A program made the translations under genes and the position numbers. The notes under the pieces were generated by a model. It did not search any database and was not told the origin of the DNA. It saw only the letters and a program-made list of their open reading frames with translations. A stretch of 63,481 bases of DNA, filler included, from Phoronis australis (taxonomy: Eukaryota; Animalia; Phoronida), in NCBI GenBank assembly GCA_002633005.1. It is 11 parts of 11 records of this genome, joined end to end, with 100 filler letters (N's around TTAATTAATTAA, not from the genome) between each part and the next. Parts side by side here need not be neighbours in the genome. Positions count along the whole stretch, not along the records: positions 1 to 7,254 come from NMRA01002045.1; positions 7,355 to 11,177 come from NMRA01001843.1; 9 more parts are not named here. One strand, 5' to 3'. Positions 1-10,850 of the stretch are shown piece by piece (position 1 is the first letter of the stretch; every line of letters starts with the position of its first letter).

Positions 1-293
1 CTCAGGTCAGCCTCTTCTTTTGACATGGCTGGGCAAGTGTACCAACATTGGCCACTTCATATTAATCGCTGGTGATAATTCCTAATGATTGCAGAAACCA
101 ATATTTCCCATGCCAAGGAACAGTTTGAGGCTCATTTGTCAAAACTTGCCCACCCATGATGACTCATGATTTTCATGATGCAGCTGAGATTTGAGAGGAA
201 ACACCGCTTGGAACCCCTCAGTCAATATCTGCCATGGTTAAGTAGTGTAGAAAATGAACACATTACAGAGACGTCGAAACCCATGCCATTTAC

Positions 294-371
294 CTTCGAG
301 TCCAAGCGTTCATTCATATTACCACCACTGGACACAGAGCATTTGTGATCAAAGTCAAAAGTATCGCCCTC
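294..371 (-). CDS. RUNDC1: Possible further RUNDC1 exon (EGDTFDFDHKCSVSSGGNMNERLDSK)
   Basis: tttcag acceptor and gtaaat donor, 78 nt, phase 0/0, compatible with the upstream exon. The peptide itself is not recognisably conserved. Confidence 0.45.
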
Positions 372-776
372 CTGAAAGGGAAGAATGGCTGACAGAGCAG
401 ACGACCGTGGCGCAGCAATAAACAGATGAAGAGCAGAAAACGCACTGAAGTCAGGCAAAGCGGAACAAAACACGAACACAAGAGATATAGATACTGCAGC
501 AAATTATAAGTTAGAATGTTGTGCGGTGCTGGAGTTAAATATAGAACGTAAGGATATTCAAAAATTAGCAAACAATGTTAATAGGGGTTTACACTGTTAG
601 TGTTAGTACACAGAAAATGTCGTGAAAAAATAATGCTGATACAAACATAACAGGTAATTTAAAGTAACAAGGGGGTTTGGGGAAATACAAGAAGGACAAA
701 ATCATACAGAGAAAAAATGTAATTTAACATTTTCAGGTTACAAAAAGAAAACAGAAAAATAATCAAAAATGAAGTA

Positions 777-2637
777 CCGTACTCGTCTGGGTTATGGCCC
801 ATGCTCGGCTTATCGCCCACCCCCGAAAATTTCAATTTTTCGTTTTTAAGTGCCCATGCTCGGCTTACCGCCCACCCCCAATTTTTCATGATCAATACTT
901 CTGTGAACGTTCGTCGCACAAAATTAAGATTCCAAAACGTACGTAACTCGCTTATGTTTCTGTGACAATCAATCAGTTTTAGCGGAACCGGGACCTTGCC
1001 TTACAACGGCGGTAAAATACTCATATTCTCATGCCCTTTACTGAAGGTGACACAATTGTTCCGGTTGGCTCACGCGCAGAACTCATGTTGGCGTGTACTG
1101 GTCACTGAGACAGCACTTGTCGAATGCATTTCATTTGCTGTAGAAGAACCAACAAAGCAGTACTTGACAGGAATATCACGTCCGTGGCCAACCTTTCTGT
1201 GATTCCCCGTGACAGTACACCAAACACAAAAATAAGAAAAGACATGGTCCATTGTGACAAGCCAACTTGTGTCGCTGTTCCCGTCTTGGTTAAACGCATG
1301 TTTTTAATAATGACCTTCACTCCTGACACCAAAATGGAAGCGCCCAACCAAAGGCAAGAACGCAAAAAATCAACTTGTAATTAGCACAAGTCGAACATTC
1401 CGTCCACATTCCACATGGTCAAAAACATATTTTTTTGAGCTTTTGATTTGCCTGATGACTTTTTACAAGATGTGTTTTTCCTTCATTATTTTGGCAGCTG
1501 ACCAAGTACCCCCAGTGCCTAATAGTAGTATCCTCCGATTGTAGAGCACGTGCTTTGAACAACATAAGCAGTGTTGGCTTTAAACTCAAAAAAGAAATAT
1601 ACAATTTATATAAACTGTTACTTTTTCAAAGTATTCAATAAGAAGACCTATCAATCATTAGCACATGCTTGGTTGCCTAAGTGTGCATCGGTAATCAAAT
1701 CTTTACACAATCAAGTGCTTCCCTTAAAAATCAGGGCTTGGAATGGCAAATGGCGAAAAAAGCGGAAATTTTTACGGCCCGAAACATGCGCGCACGCAGC
1801 CTTGAAAAAGTCGGTGTGGATCTTTTGCCGACAAAAATCGAGACTAAAAAAAAAACGGTACCACCTCCGGCAGCGTGCGTCGGTCTTAGCTCGTTCGCCA
1901 CTCCCGCCTCCAAATATTTTTGGCTGCAGAGTCGTAGTATTTGTCGCCGCGGTTTACAATCACACGAGCCGCCATTGAGGAAATCCACCACGCTATCCCA
2001 GATGCCCCGGCAATGTTGACAATTTACGTTCCTCCAAAACATAAAGAGCAACTTCCGCTTTTCGAGGTGAAAGTCGTCGGCAACACGGCGGTAAGAAAGA
2101 CATTTGCCGCTGAAATTTTGTCAAATTCGATTTTTTTTACGCGGAAACACGGAAATATAATAAAATACGCGGACAGAACATTTGAAAAAAGCGGAAATCC
2201 GCGTTTCCGCGGAAAATTCCAAGCCCTGAAAAATAAACCGCGAACCAGTCGAGTCTTGTTTGATCTGTCTTTTCTCTCAAGAAACTTGGCCTGCTGAACG
2301 CACGCCTACCTGTAGGAATGCTTTGGTTCTAACAGATGACCAGCAGTGACCAATGTACGTAAAAACCCAAGCACGCTCAGGACCACGACGCCACTGTATC
2401 GTGTGCACAGGCCATCGAAGTGCATTACTTCAATCCCGACCTATATTTGAACTGATATGCTCTTAGTCCGACGTCAGTGTAGCTTCGTCTGTGCAAAATC
2501 GGTCCTCCGTGCAGTGAGGAACAACTCCCGATCTTTCAAAAATTTCGATTTTAACCGCCCATGCTCGGCTTACCGCCCTACCCGTTTTTTTAGATTCCTA
2601 ATTTAAGCGCCCTGGGCGGTAATGCGGACAAGTACGG
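777..2637. mobile_element. Non-autonomous Tc1/mariner-pogo-like TIR element in a RUNDC1 intron
   Basis: Left end TA|CCGTACTCGTCTGGGTTATGGCCCA; reverse complement of right end TA|CCGTACTTGTCCGCATTACCGCCCA. TA flanks at 775-776 and 2638-2639. Subterminal repeat CCCATGCTCGGCTTACCGCCC near both ends. The left ~650 bp recurs at 19260-20005. Confidence 0.8.
1732..2228. mobile_element. MITE (hAT-like CAGGG termini) nested in the pogo-like element
   Basis: 13-bp TIR CAGGGCTTGGAAT / ATTCCAAGCCCTG. AAAAAT direct repeat on both flanks. GCGGAAA subterminal motifs. Confidence 0.8.
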
Positions 2638-2824
2638 TAACATCATAAGTTACACAGACACCATTCTGTTGCCAAGCGACAACCACAGACAGTCTGTCAG
2701 TTGATTAGGAATAAGGTTATACAAGGTATCAGTCAACAGTTATGGAGACCCTTAAAGAACAAGTAGACAAGGTATACTGTACTAGCAGTGCTGCATTTGA
2801 CTGCAGGTGTTACCTTCACATTAA

Positions 2825-3086
2825 GGACCTGTTTCATGAAAAGTAACTTCAGGCGCAAGTCAGAAATTTGGTATTAGCTTCATTAAAACACGAAAAATAA
2901 ATTTAACGTGACTTAAGCAACGTACAGAGACTCTTAAGAATATGCTCATAATTGCCAATTATGTTTACAACATACTACTAAACTGCCATGTGCTAGCAAT
3001 TAAATGCAGTGGAAAAAATACTCAGTAAATTAGGGAGATGAGAATGCAAGACAAACTTCTGCCGTCACTTTTCATGAAATGAGGCC
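2825..3086. mobile_element. MITE, PIF/Harbinger-like termini
   Basis: Imperfect TIR GGACCTGTTTCATGAAAAGT / ACTTTTCATGAAATGAGGCC. No clean TSD. Confidence 0.5.
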
Positions 3087-3271
3087 ATGGTCTTCATAAT
3101 AATGCCTTAACCCACATTTAAAACCCTTGTCGACGTTACATACTGAGAAAGGTTATTATTGTCAGCTAACATGAGTCACAACCAACACAGAACTACCACA
3201 AGAGCGTGCAATGAACATAAACCATAGCTACCCACCCTGGTTAGCTCTACCAGTCACCGTGACGACGCTTA

Positions 3272-3442
<171 letters not shown>

Positions 3443-4212
3443 CTACAATACAAATGGCAATGACGGTTCTTGCATGCCACCATACGGGGAATGATGAAAG
3501 TAAAGGACCTGCTTATGGAGCGGTTCAAAAAGCAGTGTAGTAAACTTTATGGGAATTTCTAATCTAGGTGAAAATGGTTTTCATTGTGCAGGGTAAAGGT
3601 ATTTGTGATAAACATCTTATAGTAAACTGCTCGGAATAATACTTTAAAAGTACATTTTAAACGTCACATTGCAGTTAGTAAAATTGGGAACCCATGAACC
3701 ATAATTAAAATGTTAATGCATGCATACTGTAACATGAACAGACACACCTGTTCAAATATCACGACAGCAAAGCACAGTTGCAGAGCTGGTGACCAAGTTT
3801 TAATGCAATGAATATCCACAGCTGAGCAAGACAACTCACTATAAGGCTCAAAGCGACATCAAACTAAGTTCTCAAGAGCAGAGACTAGAAAGAGGGAGAC
3901 AACTTCCTAAACAAGAAAACAAGGTTGCAAGCATGATAACCTTCCTTCCTTCAGAACAAACTTTCAAAGACATAAGAACCCTTATTCTACAACTTAAAAA
4001 AAACATCAATTTTTTTACTAGAAGTCAATCAATGTTTCAAGTATTTTCCCTGGGCATTTCCGTGGCTCAGAAATGCACAGGCTCTGGACTTGAGAACAGC
4101 AAAGACAGTGCGTGCTTCACACTCGTCATAGAAATAAGAGGATGTCAATAACACAAATGTCTACCTTTTAACCGAGACCAATAATGCACAATTCCACAAC
4201 CCCCACCCTCAC

Positions 4213-4368
4213 CTCTCCAATAGCGGAGTCCACCAGAGTGCGCAGCTGCTCCGGGCTCAGTTTGGCGTAGTCCTCCAACGACTGGAGAGCTAACTTTTGC
4301 CTAAGCTCATCAATAATCACTTTCTGCTTCTCCATAACCAAACTCGTCGGCACATTGTCACTGCCAGT
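4213..4368 (-). CDS. RUNDC1: RUN domain-containing protein 1, exon (TGSDNVPTSLVMEKQKVIIDELRQKL...LVDSAIGE)
   Basis: AG/GT bounded, 156 nt, phase 0. Matches the recalled RUNDC1 [21 protein letters not shown]...ELRQRVDAAV. Confidence 0.9.
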
Positions 4369-4738
4369 CTGATACAGAAACATATTAATAGTATTAATAG
4401 TACCATGTAGTTGACATATCCTATTCGCTCCAATCAACACAACAATTGAGCTTCTAAATCAATCCAAATGTTCAAGGCATACTGAACTTGAGTTTGCAAT
4501 AGTTTCCTTGTAGCGATTTATGTCAATCAGACTCCATTTATTCTCTCACGTAACAAGTGTTTCCAACCACTACATTTATACCCACGTTGGATAATTTGAT
4601 AGAGATTATTTATTGGTTAAATTAAAACTGAATTTTTAACATAAATTTTTAATATATTCAACACTTGAACATTCAAAAACACTGCATTTTATAATTTTTA
4701 CTGGTCAAATGACAACACTGTATGTTCAATCCGTTTAC

Positions 4739-4846
4739 CTCATAGGCGTATTTCTCCAAATCCTCCAGTTGTGACTTGAGTTGTTCTATAAGTTCCTGTT
4801 GTTTCTGTCGTTGTTCGTTGATCTTTGACTCATGTTCCTTCTCGCT
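4739..4846 (-). CDS. RUNDC1: RUN domain-containing protein 1, exon (SEKEHESKINEQRQKQQELIEQLKSQLEDLEKYAYE)
   Basis: AG/GT bounded, 108 nt, phase 0. Coiled-coil segment matching the recalled [22 protein letters not shown]. Confidence 0.9.
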
Positions 4847-5039
4847 CTACAACACAACAAGAACATTGTGCAGAGCAAGATCAAAGGCTGGGATGTAATA
4901 ATTTTACTCTGAATTGGACTCAAAACTATTTCTAACACTTTCCTAGTTTCTGCTTTGTTATGAATTCAAGATAAATGTCTATTATGTCATGTTTGAGTAC
5001 ATTATGATTTATGAGGATAACTGTGTAATCCCTCATTGC

Positions 5040-5531
5040 TCTTGATGAGGCCAGCAAGGAGAATTTTCCCAACGTGATCAAACCAAAAGGTTCAAAAAGC
5101 CTTCTGAGTCTAGATAGATTGGGTATAAGACACGTCATTCAAATTTTGACGGGCCACTGCAACCCAGCCCGACACAGACACATTACTGGGCGTATGGGGA
5201 GCCCTGTGTGTCCCGAGTGTGGTACTGACGTAGAATCTCCTAAACACCTGGTAGAGTCTTGCCCAGCTTTTTATAGGCTATGGAGCAACCTACTGGATGG
5301 CACTGTTACATGCCTACAACATATAGTGCGTGGCAACAAATGGAAACGTCTGTCCGTTTTCCTAAAGGAGACTGGCAGACTTGAAAACTTTCTTCACGAG
5401 GAGCCATAATTGGGGTCTCATGCCTTTGCTCAGGTGTTTTGTGCAATGGGCCCAACCATGAGGCCTGCGCACGTCTGATGCATTGCAAATGACATCAGAC
5501 CACCTGCACTGTTTTTCTTTTGTTTTTTTTT
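5040..5531 (+). mobile_element. 5'-truncated non-LTR retrotransposon 3' end (LOA/R1-like), copy 1
   Basis: ORF 5074-5409 has the LTGH...CPEC-x8-H-x4-C C-terminal zinc knuckle of LINE ORF2, then a ~100-nt 3'UTR and a T-rich tail. Near-identical copy at 27411-27827. Confidence 0.85.
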
Positions 5532-7254
5532 GATGACGCCAGCACTAAAGCTATGAGTTTGAATCTAAACTCGAAATCTTGAGATTTTACATGAAGCTTG
5601 AGTTTTACTTGAGTTCAAAGTTCAAATCTAGGAGCCATCATCAGTAGAGGAGAGAACCTCAAGAAAATACAAGGGCATTCAAGACTTTGTGAATCATCGG
5701 CTTGTAGTCAAAGCAAATCATGTAACCACACTTGCTCCTTAAGAGATTCTCAGGCCTACTAACTCTACCCAGCTGAACCACGTAATTTGTGCTGTTACAT
5801 TTGTTGTACACTGCCGTCACTCTTTGATTCTTTGCCTGGGAGAACATGACGATCGATAATTTACGTCACACGGATCTTTTTAATAAAAATTGTCAACAGG
5901 AGTCCTCTACGGTGACCTTTAACACAGCTGGCAGCCTTTCAAATTGTTAAAACTCAATAATTGTTAATGCAAAATATTCTGACCTAATTTCACGGAACGG
6001 TAGGGATTGTAAACCAGACAGTTATTATCACTGGATTTGAGTAAAGTAGTCCATCAAATTAGAGTAAACAAGTGAAATCAAAGTCTTGTTTCATTACACA
6101 ATTCTCAATACCACCAGCTTGATGTGGGTGGGGGGAGGGTGGGGGGGACATGAAGATATTAACTGCACTTCTGTCAAATTGTCTGACACTCCATTAGCTT
6201 TAGTAGGGGAGATGAATCAACAGAGATGGAGTGAAATGACCTGTCCAGTACATAGGTCTATATCTGTTTACTGTTAAGATGCAAACGGAATGAAACGAGG
6301 TCTAGGTGAGTCTCTATAAGAACTGGGCAATTTGGTAAGAAAAATTGAGTTTAAATAGACACATTTCAAAAATCAAAGTGGAAAGCTGATGATTTAGAAG
6401 TTAGTGAGATTCAAATTGGATCGAGATAGAAGGCACAATTTTCAGTACATGACACGCAATTATCTTCTCAAATGTGACAATATTCATATGTCATCAACTA
6501 ATCGTCCCATTATATCAGGTCACTTAGCCACAGCAAATTATAATGCAAACAAACCAGGCATCAACTCAGCATTTAGACCTGCATTTAAGGGTTTCAATTA
6601 GCCTTAGCATTTATTTGTCGAACCATGAAAAGCGTTGAATATTCCACAAAGCAACAAATTGATTTATCATGTTGTTATTATGCGCTTCGAAAAAGTTACC
6701 ATTTCATGGCACTGTAAACACAATTGGCAATAGCCTGATATAACCTGCCTGCATTTTGAGAACCAGCTTTCTCCACTGAATAACAAGTATCAACTGATTC
6801 TCAAAATTCAGGCACTTCATAATAGATTATTGCCATTAATTTCTCCAGTTCTCATGAACAGAGGGGGAGCTGGAGAAAATTCACACTCAGGAAACCAGCA
6901 TAGTCCGAAATTAAGAATTATTTTACACAAACAGGCAAAAAATAGGACAAGGTACTTTGTAATTTTGTCAAGAGGTAGTACAACTATCGAAGACCTACGT
7001 TAACCATTAAAATTGAAAAAGTTGGCTCAACAATATAACCTAAGGCCAAAAAGCATAGTTGGATCTGGTCTGTAGTGATTTTGAAAATTGAGTCAGTGGT
7101 ACAGCATTGTTAGTTGCTCTTGTTTTCAAAAAAGTAAATCTACCCAGATGAGCAAAAATGAGGTGGGATTTGTTATTTTTTACCAACTGAAAATCAAGGC
7201 ATTTCAAAGCTTGCTTACATGCCTTAGAGGAGCTTTTCAAAAAACATCAGACCT

Positions 7255-7354
7255 NNNNNNNNNNNNNNNNNNNNNNNNNNNNNNNNNNNNNNNNNNNNTT
7301 AATTAATTAANNNNNNNNNNNNNNNNNNNNNNNNNNNNNNNNNNNNNNNNNNNN
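7255..7354. other. Artificial contig spacer (44N-TTAATTAATTAA-44N). Identical spacers at 11178-11277, 18586-18685, 21060-21159, 24133-24232, 30544-30643, 37003-37102, 50552-50651, 52989-53088, 62218-62317
   Basis: Ten identical 100-bp blocks. The palindromic 12-mer puts TAA in all six frames. Genes and repeats stop abruptly at the spacers. Confidence 0.98.
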
Positions 7355-7637
7355 GGGGCGGCATAGGACCACCAGGGGGTGGTGGTGGTCCTCGGAACAT
7401 TGGAACTCCACGAGGAGGACCGTGCATTGGCGGTGGAGGAGGCATCCCAAACCTTGACGGTGGGGGATGTGGGAATGAGGGAGGACCGGGTGGCGGGGGT
7501 AAGTTGGGAGGTGGGCCAGTGCTGGGCTGGCTTGATGTTGTAGTTTTCGCAGGAGCTTCAGACTTGGGAGGTTCCGCTGGTGTTGTTGATGCTGCCGCTG
7601 CCTTAGGGTCGTGTTTAAAGGCAAACTGCATGAAGTA
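7355..7637 (-). CDS. SF3A2: Splicing factor 3A subunit 2, Pro-rich 3' exon (truncated by contig end)
   Basis: tgcag acceptor, then YFMQFAFKHDP followed by a Pro/Gly-rich tail, as in SF3a66 after WNRETKQFFLQFHFK. Confidence 0.9.
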
Positions 7638-7940
7638 CTGCAAATATACACAGGACGACTGTGTCAGGAATACAGCACAGCAATGTAATACACTTCACGC
7701 AGGTTTACATGCCGAGCATAAAATAATAACGCTCTTCAATAACATAAACACAAGTGCTTTCTGAAAATTCAACTGATATGCAGACTTTAATAAAGCTGGA
7801 TATTCCAAGTCACTAACCAATTATTTGAGATTAGCTAAATGACAAGAACATCAAAATTGATGCGCGCTATGTTTATCCACAATTTTTACTCTACTTCAAA
7901 CAAAACAAAAGGACCATATCACATGGCTCAAACTTCTTAC

Positions 7941-8009
7941 TTGTCTAGTCTCTTTGTTCCAGTGCTGCCAAAGTTTCTTCCCATCTTTGTCAACTTCTCG
8001 ACTGGGTAC
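7941..8009 (-). CDS. SF3A2: Splicing factor 3A subunit 2, exon (VPSREVDKDGKKLWQHWNKETRQ)
   Basis: AG/GT bounded, 69 nt, conserved SF3a66 motif. Confidence 0.95.
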
Positions 8010-8080
8010 CTACCACAAAGCAAATTACAAGTCATCAGTAGATTTGCGTTTCAATTAAAATACGTGCTTAACAACAGTGG

Positions 8081-8248
8081 CAAGGGCGGATCCAGGATTT
8101 TTCAAAAAAGGATGGTTGGATCAAAGATTTTTAAAAAAAAGTATGGTCCAAGTCAACAACTTGAAAATTCTAGATTTGATATCTAATTCACTAAAATCTA
8201 AGGAAAAAGGGGGGTCGGGACTCCCTTGACCCCCCAGATCTGCCTATG
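8081..8248. mobile_element. Short MITE with 5-bp TSD; second (inverted) copy at ~60410-60530
   Basis: Ends CAAGGGCGGATCCAGG / CCCAGATCTGCCTATG, with AGTGG duplicated at 8076-8080 and 8249-8253. The internal CCAAGTCAACAA...TTCTAGATTTGATATC is shared with the copy in the M6 intron. Confidence 0.75.
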
Positions 8249-8683
8249 AGTGGTACTCATAGGAATAAACCTTTGAGGGCAATAAATGTCACAAAATTTC
8301 AGCTAAAATTAATTGAATCATTTATTTGCGCTTCTGTCAAAAAGTAACTTTCGATTTAGATCATCTATTAAGTTATGATCATTTTACTTCGTTCCGTTAA
8401 AAAATTCTGGTTGATTCTTAGGTTTGGAAATACTTTGAGAGTTCGTTATTAATTCCAACCAAGCTCCACCAATAAACACGCTTTGTCATTTTAAGCGCCA
8501 AGGCTGGAGGATGGTCTAGAGCACAAACTCAATGATCAGAAACCAATCCTCACAACACCAAATAATGATCTGAGATCACTTTATAGAAGTAAAGGTTCTA
8601 AATAAAATGCTTCGCTACTTTGACAGAACGAACCGTGCTATTATAGTTTTATGCGGACTACAAAGTCACGTGACTGAACTCAC

Positions 8684-8824
8684 TTTAAATGCTATGGTTT
8701 CGTACGGTTCTGCAGCAAACAGCAAGTACTGCCACTTTCTGTCCGGAGGTTCGACCTTTTGTTCGTAAGCCGCCATAAACCTGTGACGAGGCCCTACGCC
8801 CTCCACAATCTCCGGGTAGTCGAT
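8684..8824 (-). CDS. SF3A2: Splicing factor 3A subunit 2, exon (IDYPEIVEGVGPRHRFMAAYEQKVEPPDRKWQYLLFAAEPYETIAFK)
   Basis: AG/GT bounded, 141 nt, highly conserved SF3a66 sequence. Confidence 0.97.
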
Positions 8825-9187
8825 CTAACAGGCAAAAACACACATAAGGTAAATAGGTAAAGAAATAGTGAGCCTACCTGCGAAGGTTGAAATTTTAAAC
8901 CGATAAAAATAAAGACGGATCGGCAAGCAAGAAATGAATAGTGCGAGACCAACCATGTCCCACAACACTGGAAATCTGGAGTGTTGGTATGTCAGCTTGC
9001 CTATTTCATCAGTAGAAACAAGAAATTCAAAAACAAAGATAGCGCAAAGTGTACGTCCCACCATAATAGTGTTATTTGCTGCAGCAGCACGCGATCGCTT
9101 AAAATATTAAACAGTATCCACAAAATGCAAAAATATTTCAAATTCAAATGCAAGATCCATTACGGCACTAGATCTGCATGAGAAAGA

Positions 9188-9420
9188 CATGGCACAGCAA
9201 GTGGCGCTTCCTACCAGCATACCAGCCTAACTAACAATATGACATGAGTGGTGCACTCTGCAAGCACAGTAGCCTAACAACATGGCATGACTAGAAGCGC
9301 ACTCTCCCAGCACACTAGCTTAACTGACAACATGACACAAGTAGCGCACTCTACCAGCACACTAGCTTAACTGATAACACGGCACAAGTGGCGTACTCTA
9401 CCAGCACAGTAGCATAACGA
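9188..9420. repeat. Degenerate intronic minisatellite, ~45-50 bp unit, ~5 copies
   Basis: Recurrent CATGGCACAAGTGGCGCACTCTACCAGCACACTAGCTTAAC-like units. Confidence 0.75.
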
Positions 9421-9828
9421 CCAACAAGATTAACTTTGCCGATTCTGCCAGATCAACTGGCTAAGACATATGATTGATTCGTAATCCAGAAGTCGATATC
9501 GAGAACCACTCCCATGTCTTAGCCTGTTGACCTGGTGAAACAGCGAAGTCAATCAAGAGTAACGAATGAGCCAATGACCGCCTCATATCGTGATTTACAA
9601 CACCACCATTAGGTTTAGTAACAGACAATGCAGCAATTTTTACCATCGACAAATGAATAACTCCTGACTGCTGTTCTTAAAACATTAAAATCCCATGAAG
9701 CGCCATTTTTGAAAATCCTTGTTGTGGCTCATGTCTTGAGGTGCAGCCCTATCAGCTCTACATGTTTCCTTTTATGTACAATTTTCATACGACTCCTTCC
9801 CAAGATGAGACCAACATCGACCACTGAC

Positions 9829-9988
9829 CTGAAAGAGCAGACTCTGTTGACCGGACTCTGGGTCACGCTGTTTCGTCACCTTGTAACCAGGTCTTCCGAT
9901 CTTGACAAACTTCTTAATGTCAACCCTAGCCTTCTCGGGGGCTGGCTGGGCGGGGGCATCTTTGGCTTCCTTGGCAGCACGGCGAGCT
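9829..9988 (-). CDS. SF3A2: Splicing factor 3A subunit 2, exon (ARRAAKEAKDAPAQPAPEKARVDIKKFVKIGRPGYKVTKQRDPESGQQSLLFQ)
   Basis: AG/GT bounded, 160 nt, phase matches the upstream exon. Conserved FVKIGRPGYKVTKQRD. Confidence 0.97.
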
Positions 9989-10803
9989 CTGGAACAGGGA
10001 CGCAGTTAGATGATGAACATTTCTCGCTATATGACAACATACAGTACACGCCAAAAATATTCAGACAAGATAACACAGAATTCTTGCGTCATGATAGCTG
10101 GGCAGAAGCCGAATTCATCGCCAGAATAGTCTTCACTCATGACCAAGAATGAAGGTGAATCAACATGGAAGTTAATAAGGTGACTAAGCCATTCTGACAT
10201 CAGAATTTTTCCGCTCTACTTGTTATTGACATTGATGTTTGCAGTTAACAGAATTAGCTGTCATGACGGGAAAACGGTGTTTTGTCCGATTGCATTTGTT
10301 TTGTACAGTATTCAACCAATGCCCACACAGTAACACGCACCTTGTTTTGACAGTGTCTGGCCTGCAGACTAAGAATGCAGTCGACTAGCTGTGGTTTATT
10401 TACTTCACGTTAAAGTTAGTTTTTTATTAATTGAGATGAACACGTGACTATTTTCTCGACATTTGCAATACTCTGACAGTGGGTTTCCAAGCTGAGCATG
10501 TGAAGTGGGACAAAATGGCCAACTCAATGTATAACCTCAACTACAATCCTTACACGTGGAAAACCAGCACGAGGCCTTGCAAACCTCAGACAAATTCCCG
10601 CTGTGTAGTAGCAAGTTGTCACCATGACACGCCGAAAGAAGAAGGAAAAAGAACAAATTTGCTGCTTATCTAGCAAAAGGTCTATAAATTTTATATCCAT
10701 CAAAATTTATCGATGCAGCAATACACTCATTTCCATAACTCCCAAAGTTCTCACCAAAAGTGGCAATTTTTAGACAAACACTCAGTCACGATAGGGTACT
10801 TAC

Positions 10804-10850
10804 AAGTTGGCCTGATGCTTCTTGCCTTGAGTATGTGCCAGGTAACTCCC
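10804..10850 (-). CDS. SF3A2: Splicing factor 3A subunit 2, exon (GSYLAHTQGKKHQANL, end of the U1C/matrin-type zinc finger)
   Basis: AG/GT bounded, 47 nt. More 5' exons lie beyond the contig end. Confidence 0.95.
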
